Below, in pieces: positions 36,498-48,754 of a stretch of DNA of 64,000 bases (position 1 is its first letter; each line of letters begins with the position of its first letter). The stretch is taken from positions 21,576,001 through 21,640,000 of the forward strand of contig OZ024757.1 in NCBI GenBank assembly GCA_964016885.1, written 5' to 3'. The notes beneath the pieces are model-generated. The model did no database searches and was not told the DNA's origin. It saw nothing but the letters and a program-made list of their open reading frames with translations. The position numbers and the translations under genes are program-made. This DNA is from Eledone cirrhosa. Lineage: Eukaryota.

Positions 36498-37647
36498 CAC
36501 ACACACATATATATACATATACATACACACACACACATATATATACACACACACACACACATATATATATACATATACATATTCATACACACACACACAT
36601 ATACACACCCACATATATATATACATATATATACATATACATATTCATACACACACACATATATATATACACACACACACACATATATATACACACACAT
36701 ATATATATACCCTTGCAAGCAGGGAAAAGCGGACGTAAAATATGATGATGATGATACATATACATATTCATACACACACATACATACATATATATACATA
36801 TACATATTCATACACACACATATATATATACATATATATACATATACATATTCATACACATACACAAATATATACACACACATATATATATATATATATA
36901 TACATATGCATATTCATATACACACACACATATATATATATACATATACATATTCATACACACACACACACATATATATACACGCACACATATATATATA
37001 CACACACACATATATATACATATATACATATTCATACACACACACATATATATACATACACACACATATATATATACATATATATACATATACATATTCA
37101 TACACACACACACAAATATATATATACATATACATACATATATATATATACATATTCATACACACACACACACATATATATATACACACACATATATATA
37201 TACACACACATATATATACATATACATATTCATACACACACACACACAAATATATATACACACACACACATATACATACATATATATATATACATATTCA
37301 TACACACACATATATATACACACACATATATATATATACACACGCACATATATATACATATATATACATATTCATACACAGACACACAAATATATACACA
37401 CACACATATATATACATATACATATTCATACACACACACACACAAATATGTATATACACACACACACATATACATATATATATACATATATATACATATA
37501 CATATTGATACACACACACACACATATATATATACACACACACACATATATATACACACACACATATATATACATATATATACATATACATATTCATACA
37601 CAGACACAAATATATACACACACACATATATATACATATATATATAT

Positions 37648-37678
<31 letters not shown>

Positions 37679-37688
37679 CATATATATG
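36395..37688. repeat. (CA)/(TA) compound satellite containing a 44-nt isolated RTE/SINE-B tail (36710-36753)
   Basis: Direct inspection. Confidence 0.95.
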
Positions 37689-38180
37689 TTCATGGTAAGA
37701 TAAGAATCTTTGCCCCCCAACTTACTTCCACTGCCCTTACTTTCGTCTTTCCTGCTTGAGATGAATATCAATGGGGCTTTTCTCCTCCTATATCTACACA
37801 AACACATACATACATAGGCTGATATCTGCAGAACTCATCTTTCTCTCTCACTCTCCAGCACTCTATCTCTCTCTCTCTCTCTCTCTCTTTACACACACAC
37901 ATTCCCAGTGTGACAGGCATATACCCACACACAGTGATCCACACACACACACACACACATCCTACACCCACACAGCGGCACATGTTTCGTTATGGCTCCA
38001 AATGCTCATTTGTCTGTATTGCATAATACATAATACATAAATTTACATAAAAAACACTGACAGATAAACAGATAGACATACAGATGAACAGATAGGTATA
38101 GATAAATAGATAGATAGACACACTCACTGATAGAGAGAGATACATTAGAGAGGCAGATAGATAGATATACTACATATATA

Positions 38181-39050
38181 CAGGGTGTGGACGATATTTG
38201 TTCGCAATTTTCAACTGTTAATTTTTTTTACTTCCGTTGTCACTCTTGTCTTCATAAAAACAGTGACTATATTTCCATTATTTATTTTCAGAATATTTGA
38301 TTATGAATAATTTTGAACCTCCAAATTTGTGGAAGAGACACGGAGTTCTTCTTGGAATCTGAGGCGGGAGGACAAATAAGGAAATTTCAGACTTTCTCAG
38401 CGTCAGCAGGAGAATGGTGTCTCATCCAAAGATGTGTCCAGAGTCATGCAGACAAAGTTTCCAGCGACAACATTAGTCTTAGGTGTCGTCAAGAGTCAAA
38501 GTGACGTCATGCCACCTCACTTCTTCCCTGAGGGCCTCAAGCTGAACACCGATGGCTACATCTGCGTTCTGAGCGAGGTAGTAAAGCCCTGGATCGACTA
38601 GGTAGCTGCAGGTAGGCCGTACGTGTGGCAGCAAGACTCAGCGCCCTGCCATACCAGCCGAAAGACCCAAGCCTGGCTGTCAGAGAACTTCGTTGACCAC
38701 ATTTCACCTGACATCTGGCCTCCCAGCTCGCCTGACTGCATCCCCTCAACTTCTTTGTGTGGGGCGAGACACCAACAGATCTACCTGCAATACGAAAGAC
38801 GATCTGAAGGCCAGGCTCACAAGTGCCTTTAGGGGCCTAAGTCGGAGTACAGTGACGAGGGTCTGTAGCCGGTTCCGAGGCCGCCTTGAGGCCGTCATCA
38901 AAGCAAATGGCGGGTTCATCGAGTGAGATCGAAAGAACAAGACATGAAGACAAACTGACCCAAGTTTGATAAATATATCTTAAAAAATAAAACTACTGTC
39001 TTATGTTTTCCTAGACAGTAATCTTGCGAACAAATATCGTCCGCACCCTG
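38181..39050 (+). mobile_element. Tc1/mariner transposon (DD37D/maT-like), internally deleted pseudogene
   Basis: TIRs CAGGGTG(T/C)GGACGATATTTGTTCGCAA with TA on both sides; transposase remnant VMPPHFFPEGLKLN..Y...WQQDSAPCHTS...WPPSSPDC...EAVIKANGGFIE with a stop and frameshifts. Confidence 0.92.
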
Positions 39051-39058
39051 TATATATA

Positions 39059-39545
39059 TTTCTTTATTTTCCACAAGGGCGCACAAGAAAAAGGGACAAT
39101 ACAAAGACACATGCCATGTAAAAATATTGAAACAAACAATTATAACAATCTAAATCCCCAATAGGGGGGAAGCGCCACAAATGGGCTGTTTAAGACCCCG
39201 TCGATAGAACAACCCTCAACTTCAGGAGCATGTTGTGCAAGTGCTCCTTTCTTCCTTTTGCTCCCTTCTTCAACCTACGGGTTTATATACAGAGAAGGCC
39301 CAATCACTCGGGCCATTTTTGCCACATTCACTCACCTTTCAGTAAATTTACTGGGGTGCAGTGCCTCTCTCTCTCCACCCTGATTCTCCTTCTAAAGTGA
39401 TACTTAAAGAAGGGAATCAATTGTTGTCCGGAGAGAAAGGCATCTGTCCTCAGCCCTCCATATAACCTCGTCCACCATATAACCTCTTTCACCATAGCCA
39501 CTGTACAGAGGAAAACCTGCCTCTCTTTCGTTTTTGAAAGAAGTT
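39059..39545 (-). mobile_element. Tx1/L1-like LINE 3' end
   Basis: KEVIWWTR..GLRTDAFLSGQQLIPFFKYHFRRRIRVERE, then 3' UTR and AATAAA; related copy at 41375-41680; clade assignment is by recall. Confidence 0.6.
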
Positions 39546-39861
39546 GGCAGTAGATAGACATACTGACTGATAGAGAGAGATGCATTAGAGAGGCAGATAG
39601 ATATATATGTATACTACAAAGAGAGAGATGGACAAATGGATAGATAGATATGTATACTACGCACAGAGAGAGAGAGAGAGCGAGAGAGAGAGAGAGGGAG
39701 GGAGAGAGAGAGAGAGGGAGGGAGATGGATAGAAAGATAGATAGGGAGAGAGACTTTCTCTCTCCAGATAGGTATGTTTGTATGTGGGGTCCTGTAACTT
39801 GTAAGGGAGTTGTAGGGACACCTTATTGACATATGACATTTTTTTTGGAGGGGGGGGGGGG

Positions 39862-40108
39862 CATTTTAAAACCTGGCGCAACCCAGACCCTCTCCAGGTT
39901 TCAATATAGCAGATTTCTTCCAGTGATAGAGTATGAGATATAGAGGAAGAATTAACCCCACTACCAAACTGGTACTGGGGTTAATGATCTGGGATAGATG
40001 AAAGGCAAAGTTGACCTCAACAGGATTTAAATTCAGAGAGTAGAGAGCCAAAACAAATACACCCAAACATTTTATCAGACGTTCTAATGACTCTGCTAAT
40101 TTGCCATC
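39862..40108 (-). mobile_element. Older SINE-A-related family with a longer tail (also 43045-43287, 57530-57782, partial 31380-31500 and 61480-61930)
   Basis: Same head and body; tail ...GCCAGGTTTTAAAATGCCC. Confidence 0.7.
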
Positions 40109-40154
40109 TAACACAGAGATATATACAGCTATAGATAGACAGACACACACAAAT

Positions 40155-41356
40155 ATATAGATAGATAGAGATTATATAAAGACAGGCAGATATAGATAGA
40201 TATAGATTATATAAAGACAGGCAGATATAGATAAATATAGATTATATAAAGACAGGCAGATATAGATAGATAGAGATTATATAAAGACAGGCAGATATAG
40301 ATAGATAGAGATTATATAAAGACAGGCAGATATAGATAGAGATTATATAAAGACAGGCAGATATAGATAGGTAGAGATTATATAAAGACAGGCAGATATA
40401 GATAGAGATTATATAAAGACAGGCAGATATAGATAGATAGAGATTATATAAAGACAGGCAGATATAGATAGATAGAGATTATATAAAGACAGGCAGATAT
40501 AGATAGGTAGAGATTATATAAAGACAGGCAGATATAGATAGAGATTATATAAAGACAGGCAGATATAGATAGGTAGAGATTATATAAAGACAGGCAGATA
40601 TAGATAGAGATTATATAAAGACAGGCAGATATAGATAGGTAGAGATTATATAAAGACAGGCAGATATAGATAGAGATTATATAAAGACAGGCAGATATAG
40701 ATAGATAGAGATTATATAAAGACAGGCAGATATAGATAGATAGAGATTATATAAAGACAGGCAGATATAGATAGGTAGAGATTATATAAAGACAGGCAGA
40801 TATAGATAGAGATTATATAAAGACAGGCAGATATAGATAGATAGAGATTATATAAAGACAGGCAGATATAGATAGATAGAGATTATATAAAGACAGGCAG
40901 ATATAGATAGATAGAGATTATATAAAGACAGGCAGCTATAGATAGGTAGAGATTATATAAAGACAGGCAGATATAGATAGAGATTATATAAAGACAGGCA
41001 GATATAGATAGATAGAGATTATATAAAGACAGGCAGATATAGATAGATAGAGATTATATAAAGACAGGCAGATATAGATAGATAGAGATTATATAAAGAC
41101 AGGCAGATATAGATAGATAGAGATTATATAAAGACAGGCAGATATAGATAGATAGAGATTATATAAAGACAGGCAGATATAGATAGAGATTATATAAAGA
41201 CAGGCAGATATAGATAGATAGAGATTATATAAAGACAGGCAGATATAGATAGAGATTATATAAAGACAGGCAGCTATAGATAGATAGAGATTATATAAAG
41301 ACAGGCAGCTATAGATAGATAGAGATTATATAAAGACAGGCAGCTATAGATAGGTA
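40155..41356 (+). repeat. 35/31-bp minisatellite
   Basis: ATTATATAAAGACAGGCAGATATAGATA(GATA)GAG; units differ by one GATA. Confidence 0.97.
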
Positions 41357-42536
41357 TATACAAATATAGATAAATTTCTTTATTAGCCACAAGGGCACCA
41401 AGGGCACAAAAGAAGGGGACAAACACAAATGGGGAGTTTACATACAGGTATATGAAAATAAAACTATTAATAAAATAAAAATAACAATTGAAATCCCCAA
41501 TAGGGGAGGAGGCGTTACACTGGGGTTGTATACACCCCGAAAAAAATGTACAACCCTCATCTCCTGGAGCACCAGGAGTGAGTACTCCTCTCCTCTCTTC
41601 CTCTTTTTCCTCAACCTACAGGCTTATATAGAGAGAAGGCCCCACCACTCGGGCCATCTTTGCCACATTCACCCACCTTTATACAGATATATATAGACAA
41701 ATACATATATAGATACCTATTATATAAAGACAGGCAGATATAGATAGCTATATACAGCTATAGGTAGATAGATAGATATAGATATAGAGAGGTATACAGA
41801 CAGATATATAGATGGATAGATAGAGATATTAATATATAGAAAGGTACTGAGAAAGAGAGAGACTGATAAATGAAGAAGGAGTAGACAGACAAACATACAA
41901 AAAACAATCTACATATTTGCTGTTTACCGAAATTTGTAACTTTCTTGGTTCCTGCTCATTTCAATTATCATTTGCACCAAGTCCACCCTGTAAAGTGGTC
42001 ATGTTGATGACACGAAAAACAGTACACAGTCCAACACAGTCCAGCCTGTCAGATGGTCGGAGCGACGAAAAAAACCACCTTACCCACACAGAGTGAGTGA
42101 GTGAGTGAGTGAATGAATGCAAGAGAGTGTGCTTCTCTATATGTGTGGGTGGGTGCTTTTTTCTCTAGATGTGTATGTGTGTGTGTGTGTGGATATGTGA
42201 TGTGTCTATGTGTGGGTGGATATATGCTGTCATATTGATTTTATTTAACATGAAACATTAATTTGTTGTGGGTTTGATCCCTGAACTAGATTGTGTGTTG
42301 TGTACTGGTCATAAGGTTATTTACTCTAGTAGATAACACTGTATGCCAATCACCAATTTAATAATTTAATAAGTGAAGGAACACAAGAATATGTAAGGAA
42401 AGCAGGAAGCAAGATGATGAGATGCAGACAGGTAATAATATATATATGATGATAACAACGATAAGTCTTCTCAACAGTATGTAAAGGTAGTTTTTCTTTA
42501 TTCGTGTGTGTGTATTACAATGGTTAAATGTCATAC

Positions 42537-42597
42537 CTGTGACTTGCCTTGTTAATCCTTGTAAGAAGGATTGGAATACATCTGAGCTGAGCTTCAT
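42537..42597 (-). CDS. Candidate first coding exon (MKLSSDVFQSFLQGLTRQVT, phase-1 intron), product unknown
   Basis: GCCATG context, donor CAG|GTATGA at 42537/42536, upstream TATA box, no good acceptor upstream. Confidence 0.3.
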
Positions 42598-42640
42598 GGC
42601 ATAGGTCCTCAGCAGATGTGTTGCAGGCAGCCAAAAGGTG

Positions 42641-42680
42641 AAAAGAGAGAGAGAGAGGCATCGGAACGCTCCTTTATATA
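42641..42680 (-). promoter_or_regulatory. Candidate TATA promoter with a pyrimidine-rich start region
   Basis: TATATAAAGG at 42680-42671; CTCTCTCTTTTC about 25-35 nt downstream. Confidence 0.35.
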
Positions 42681-44329
42681 CTGGCCACGGGGAAGTAACT
42701 CCAAATAGTTTGGTTCCTCGGAGAGATGGCGCTAGTCACTACATGTTCTTGAGTAAATTACTTCTTTTCACATTGCTCCTGTATACTCAGCCGAAAATAA
42801 GTACCAGCAATAGCTTGAGGCTTAACCTAGCGATGGACTGGCGTCCTGTCCAGGAGGGAGTCCTGTACTTTCAGTATCTAAATGCCAAATAAACCGGGGT
42901 AAACACCAGCTTGATGAGCTTCTGGGGTCAAGATAGACTTTAGGGTTAGAATTAGTATTAGAATTATTGTTAGTATAGTTGTATGAATGTATGCATGGAC
43001 CCATGTCAAAGATGTAGGGGCACAGTATTGACATATGGCGTTTCTAGGGCATTTTAAAACCTGACGGAGCCCATATCCTCTCTAGGTCTGAATACAGTAG
43101 ATTTCTACCAGAGAAAGAAAGGAAATGAGAAAGAGATATAAAGGAAGAATCGACCCCAGTACAAGACTGGTATTTTTTTTAACCACTTCAAATGGATGAA
43201 AGGCATACTTGGCCTCAGCGGGATTTGAACTCAGAGAGCAGAGAATTGGAATGAAAACTGCTTAATGACTCTGCCAATTCGCCACCTATGTTAGTATACC
43301 AATGCATTAGAACTTAAAATGTTTGGCAATCCTATGAATAGCTGAATTTAAAAGCAGTTTAAGACAGTAATTGCATACTTGACAAAATGACGTGAATGCA
43401 TTAGGAGAAGGAAATATTCCAGATTCGTAGGGAAATGGAAAATCCCTTTGGATATTTCACTAGAGGAAGAAACAGCTTAGTTAATTATCTAATATGTTAA
43501 AGTGAAATGGCAGCTGTTTGAAGCAGATTTACTAAAGGGCTTCCCTTTGACAGCTGCCTTTTAGGGAACAAAGATTATTGCTTAATGTTGAAGACTATTG
43601 TGGGTTTGGCTACATACCAATGGCGGCATCAGTTGGCCAGTTTCAGGAAGAAGGAATTTTAGAATCAGCTTTTATAAAACAGACAGAATATCACTTTACA
43701 CAAGAACCAAGGAGAAAAACTTTATACATCATGTCCATGTGTGTCTCTCTCTCTATCTCTCCCTCTCTCTCTCTCTCTATATATATATATACATACACAC
43801 ACACACACACATATATATACATTCATAAATATATATAGAAACATACTATATATATACACACACACATGTATGTAGCTTCAATCTATTCAATATTATTGAA
43901 TTTGATTTGTTGATCAAAGATTTTAATTGCTTTTCCTGTTTTGTTCAATTTCTATCTACCAGCATGAAATAGTTTCTTTTGAAGAATAGCTCTCTAAATA
44001 TATATTCTACTAACAAAAGGCCAGCTGGTTAAAGTCCATGTGTGAAGTACGATATTGCAAGGAAGTAAATATGTGGAGGCTGGAGAGAAATGGATAGCAA
44101 CGATGAAAAAGTTAAGAGGTTTTATTCTTCCACAAAGATAAGTAGAAAAAGTACAAAGGTTAAATAAAAATGGTGAAAAACATTGCTTAAGCTTCATTAG
44201 TCATATATATCACCACCTTTTAAAACAAGATTATCTTACACAAAACACCAGCATCAACAGTTTTCCTAGAGATGGTGACGTGAATAAACTTTTTTTTTCT
44301 CTAAAAAATATTTTTTCCGTTTCTGCCAC

Positions 44330-44975
44330 TGCCCGTCTCCTCAATATATCTATTTCTTCTTTAATTTATCATTTTATTTTTGGATGAAGGACTAACGTCT
44401 GAAATATGAAGACTCTTTTCCTACTATATCAAGTGTAAAACTAATAATATATTTCTTCATTGTACTGTGTCATTTGCTTTGTTATTTCTGTTTGCCTTTT
44501 GCATGTATAACTACCTGTTCCCTCCCTACTGACAAAGGACTTCTGTCCGAAATATTGAACCTTTCTCCACTTCCTCCAAGCATGATACTAATTATGACTA
44601 TGTATTTTTGCATTCTTGTGTTTGTTTTGTTTCACTTATTAACTATTTTTCCATGCTGACATGGGCCATCTGTCTTCCATAGCAGATAAGATATTACCCA
44701 GATTTCACCAGCCTTCCGATCACCAGACTTTGTTCTGCCATTGCACTGCTCCAATCTGCCATGGCCCTCCTCTACCACTTTTCCTTTTTCTATTTTCTTT
44801 TCTCTTCTCCTCAATTGTGCTACTCATACGTCTACCTATTCTCTCCCTATACAAAATTTCCTGACGAAGGACTTCTGTCCGAAACATTGAACCCTCCTCC
44901 ACTTCCTCCAAGCGTGAACCTAATATAACTATATCTTGGCATTCCGGTGTTTGTTTTGTTTCATTTATTAACTAC
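44330..44975 (+). mobile_element. Tandem units each carrying a hammerhead motif (Penelope pLTR/retrozyme-like)
   Basis: Cores at 44381 (TGGATGA, mutated), 44529 (CTGACAA, mutated) and 44861 (CTGACGA, intact), each with A-GGAC..GTC(C/T)-GAAA. Confidence 0.65.
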
Positions 44976-45159
44976 ACTAGCATCTACAGTGTGCATATTG
45001 ATATTATATGTAAATATATGAACATTTCTTTGTTATATATATAATAAAGATTACTAATGTAGGTGGGAAGCTGCCAGAATTGGTTGAGGACTTCCTGTAT
45101 TTGGGAGCAAAGATTGGGAATAAGGAAGATGATGTGGTCAAGAGGAAGAGCAAAACAAG

Positions 45160-45757
45160 TATACACGAATTGAGAGTGAGGCTGAGCATCAGAGGAATCA
45201 AATGCTGTGTGCAAGAGAGGAGGTTACGTTGGTATGGGCATGTGATGTGTATGAAGGATGACAGCTGCATAAAAAGTGCAGAGCACTAGAAGTCGATGGA
45301 AGCCGCGGAGTGGGGAGGCCCAAGAAGACCTGGGATGAGGTGATAGAGGCCAACCTCTGGCGTCACACAGTAATACAGAAGACCTGTATGAGAAAGACAA
45401 GGTCAGCCGACTGGACACTGTCCACAACGGGACAACCCGTCTAACCCATGCTAGTGCGGAATACAGAAGACCCGACTCCCCATGGGTACAAGCCGAAGCT
45501 GAAACATAGACAATATACCCCCACCCCCTCCCACGGCAAAGTGGTCGTGGAGGTGCCACGGCAGGAAAGCACCCAGCACTCACTGTAAATGAGGTTGGTG
45601 TTAGGAAGGGCATCCAGCTGTAGAAATCAGGCCTGAATCAGTTCCCGTGTGAGCAAGACAAGGTCAGCCGACCGGACACTGTCCACAACAGAACAACCCG
45701 TCTAACCCATGCTAGCATGGAAGAACGGACGTAAAACGGTGATGATGATTATGATGA
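45160..45757 (+). mobile_element. RTE LINE 3' end with 3' UTR
   Basis: LRVRLSIRGIKCCVQERRLRWYGHVMCMKDDSCIK...GRPKKTWDEVI; (GAT)n tail. Confidence 0.85.
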
Positions 45758-45764
45758 TAGCAAA

Positions 45765-45971
45765 GAGGGTGTGGTAAGATACCAGGTGGACCATAACGCA
45801 CCAAAGTACTCAATACTTAGGGTAGTAGAGTGGGTAATAGGAAAAGAGTCAGGACCCCGAAGGCTGAGCTCCGGCCATTTCAACAGCTAGATCCAAACTG
45901 GGCGCTTTTTTGGGGGGATCTAGCTGTTGAAAGGGCCGGAGCTCAGCCATTGGGGTCCTGACTCTTTTCCC
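45765..45971 (+). mobile_element. Family C fold-back element, divergent subfamily
   Basis: Same unique tail; different arms that remain complementary; 21-nt loop. Confidence 0.75.
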
Positions 45972-45994
45972 GTGTATGTGTGTGTATATATATA

Positions 45995-47116
45995 TCATCA
46001 TTTCATTTTCATCATTTCATTTTACGTCCCGTTTTTTCCCTGCTTGCAAGGGTGGGACGGGAACTGATTCAGGCTTGATTTCTACAGCTGGATGCCCTTC
46101 CTAACACCAACCTCATTTACAGTGAGTGCTGGGTGCTTTTTTGCCGTGGCACCTCCACGACCACTTTGCAGTGGAATGATAGGGACCCCAGTCCCTATCA
46201 TCTCATTTCTATATTCTGGAATATATATATATATATATATATTCCAGAATAATTTATCATAATTTTTTATCATTATTTATTTGTTTATTTATTTGGTTTA
46301 TCAGAATTTTGTTGAAATTTCCATATTTATTTTCCTTTCTCCTTTGGTTAAGGAAAGACTTTATCATGTTGTTTAATTCCAACTGATATCAAGATGGCAT
46401 CTTAATAGCTTCAAAGATAATTGTACATATAATCTAGATAATATCTTAATAGTTTGATAACGTTTTTTTTTATTTTCCAGAGAGTACCAGGGTTAGATGT
46501 TTTTATCACTGCTGAGTTTGTCTGTTGATAGGATCTCATAAATGCTAATCATCTTATTAGTGTTATTTTAGATAGACATATGTAAACAAATAATGTACAA
46601 AGCTGAATTTTTGGCTTTTGAAGTGTTGAGAATATATGTCAGTATCTGGAAGATAAGGGGGTTCAATTCCTCATACCAGCTGATAGCAGCTTCTTTTTCA
46701 GTCTGTTAAGGGTCTTCACTTTATAAGCTATATTTATAGTATTTCTGCGCTTGAGCACTTTATATATATATCATCATTTTCATCATTTCATTTTACGTCC
46801 CGTTTTTTCCCTGCTTGCAAGGGTGGGACGGGAACCGATTCTGGCTTGATTTCTACAGCTGGTTGCCCTTCCTAACACCAACCTCATTTACAGTGAGTGC
46901 TGGGTGCTTTTTTGCCGTGGTACCTACACGTCCACTTTGCAGTGGAATGATAGGGAACCCAGTCCCTATCATCTCATTTCTACAGCTGAGTAAACTGGAG
47001 CAATGTGAAATAAAGTGTCTTGCTCAAGGACACAACACATCACCCGGTCTGAGAATTGAACTCACAACCTTTCGATTGCAAGGCCAATGCTCTAACCACT
47101 AAGCCATGTGCCTCCA
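45995..47116 (-). mobile_element. SINE-B copies (truncated 45995-46212; full 46771-47116)
   Basis: Family B consensus. Confidence 0.9.
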
Positions 47117-47338
47117 TATGTATATATATATATATATTGTTATACTTGGGGAGGGTCATATTTGTGTAATATTGCCAGAATTAATAACAGAACACACTCA
47201 CTGTTTGGTTGGTTTTCGCTTTTCGCTTCTGTGTCTTTTATATCGGTTAATTTAATTTATTCGGTCCTCAATGTTGCCATTGACTGACCAACGGTCAAAA
47301 ATACAGATACAATATAGACACAAACACATATATATAGT

Positions 47339-47383
47339 CTAACAAAGTTCTTTCGTTGCACATCTGCAACATCGTCAGTGGTG
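47339..47383 (-). ncRNA. Hammerhead motif, second copy of the 3016 family
   Basis: CTGACGA-T-GTTGCA gatg TGCAAC-GAAA-GAAC-TT; host repeat spans about 47137-47430. Confidence 0.6.
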
Positions 47384-47874
47384 CTATTATGTTTCCTCCC
47401 GTTGCATTGTATGCTTACACCATCTTTATTTAGTCTGTTTATATATTTATTTATTTGTTTATTTTTTTGTCTTCTCTGGACATGCGTTTGCGTGTGTGTA
47501 TAGTGTTTTGTTTGATGTGTGTTCGTGTTTGGGTGACTGTGTATTGGTTAATGTATTCTATCTTTACTAGTGTGTGTTTATATGTGTTTGTTGTTATTGT
47601 GCTTGTGTATGTATTTATTTATTTATTTATCTATTTATTTATTTATTTATACTTCTCTTAGGTCAGTGTTGTTTGTTTGGGTGTTGTTGTTATTCCATTC
47701 ATTTTTTTCTGTTAATGTGGTTGGTGTTAGGAAGGGCATCCAACTGTAGAAAACCCGCCAGACAGTCCTATGCGAGCAAGACAACCACTCTTGCCTCAAG
47801 TGGGAAAACCCCCGTCCAAACCCATGCAAGCGTGGAACACGGACGCTAAACCTGATGATGATGATGATGATGAT

Positions 47875-48170
47875 AATCATCATCATTTTACGTCCGCTTC
47901 TCCCTGCTTGCAAGGGTTGGATGGGTCCTATTCAACACATCATCTCTCCACTTGTCACAGTCCTTCGTCATCTCCTCGGTGAGTTTCAACAATCTGAGGT
48001 CAACTCTCACCACCTCCGCCCATGTTTTACGTGGTCTACCTCCACTGTGTCTTCCCTCCACTGGGATTTCTTGGCACTTCTTAACCCAGCGGTCATCCTC
48101 CATGCACATCACATGTCCATACCATCTCAGCTTCCTCTCCTGCACACCACAACTTATCCCTCTTATACCC
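47875..48170 (-). mobile_element. RTE LINE 3' end sharing its tail with SINE-B
   Basis: QERKLRWYGHVMCMEDDRWVKKC...GGRPRKTWAEVV...PTLASREKRT*; shorter copy at 51487-51632. Confidence 0.88.
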
Positions 48171-48404
48171 AGTTATATGCAAGCAGAGGAAAGCGGACGT
48201 AAAATGATGATGATGATGATATATATATATTAATAATAAAAAGGATGGTGTTATGTCTTCATTACGTTTATTAAGTAGTGACGCACATTTCGCTATTGAT
48301 CTGGTCCAACTCTGTAATTGAAAGCTTATTGGATTATATATATATATATATATATATTTAGGGTCTGTAACATCCAGTTACTATATGTTATGTATATATA
48401 TCTA

Positions 48405-48662
48405 TCTAGGGTGGGTAAAATTCCCGAGATCCATGGACGAGTTCTCTCCAACGGTCTCTGTCCTTTATTATCGCTGCCATGTCCTGCGTCTCCAACAGAC
48501 CAGTGTCTGTCCTTAGGGCATCAACATACGTTAACCTTGGTCTTCCTCTTCCAGTGTGTCCATGTAGGGGCTCCGAAAGGAGCACTGAGTGCAGTGTCAA
48601 CTCTGGTTGTCGGTGAGCATGTCCAGCTAACCTCAGTCTCATCTGTGTCACTTTTGAGCTGT
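48405..48662 (-). mobile_element. RTE-like LINE 3' fragment (second copy 51878-52131, +)
   Basis: RLRLAGHAHRQPE....VLLSEPLHGHTGRGRPRLTYVDAL..DTG....DRDRWRELV. Confidence 0.8.
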
Positions 48663-48754
48663 GTGTTATATTTGTCATCATTTATCCTTTATATATTTCT
48701 ACCACATCGTACAGACTTTTTGAAACTTTATTACATATCTCACAATACTTTTGT

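Noticed and set aside
38181-39050. Active transposase
   Set aside because: The N-terminal half is deleted and there is an in-frame stop plus frameshifts
43508-43560. pre-miRNA hairpin (GGCAGCTGT...ACAGCTGCC)
   Set aside because: Only about 9-10 contiguous pairs, and no match to a mature miRNA I recognise beyond a seed-like AGCTGCC
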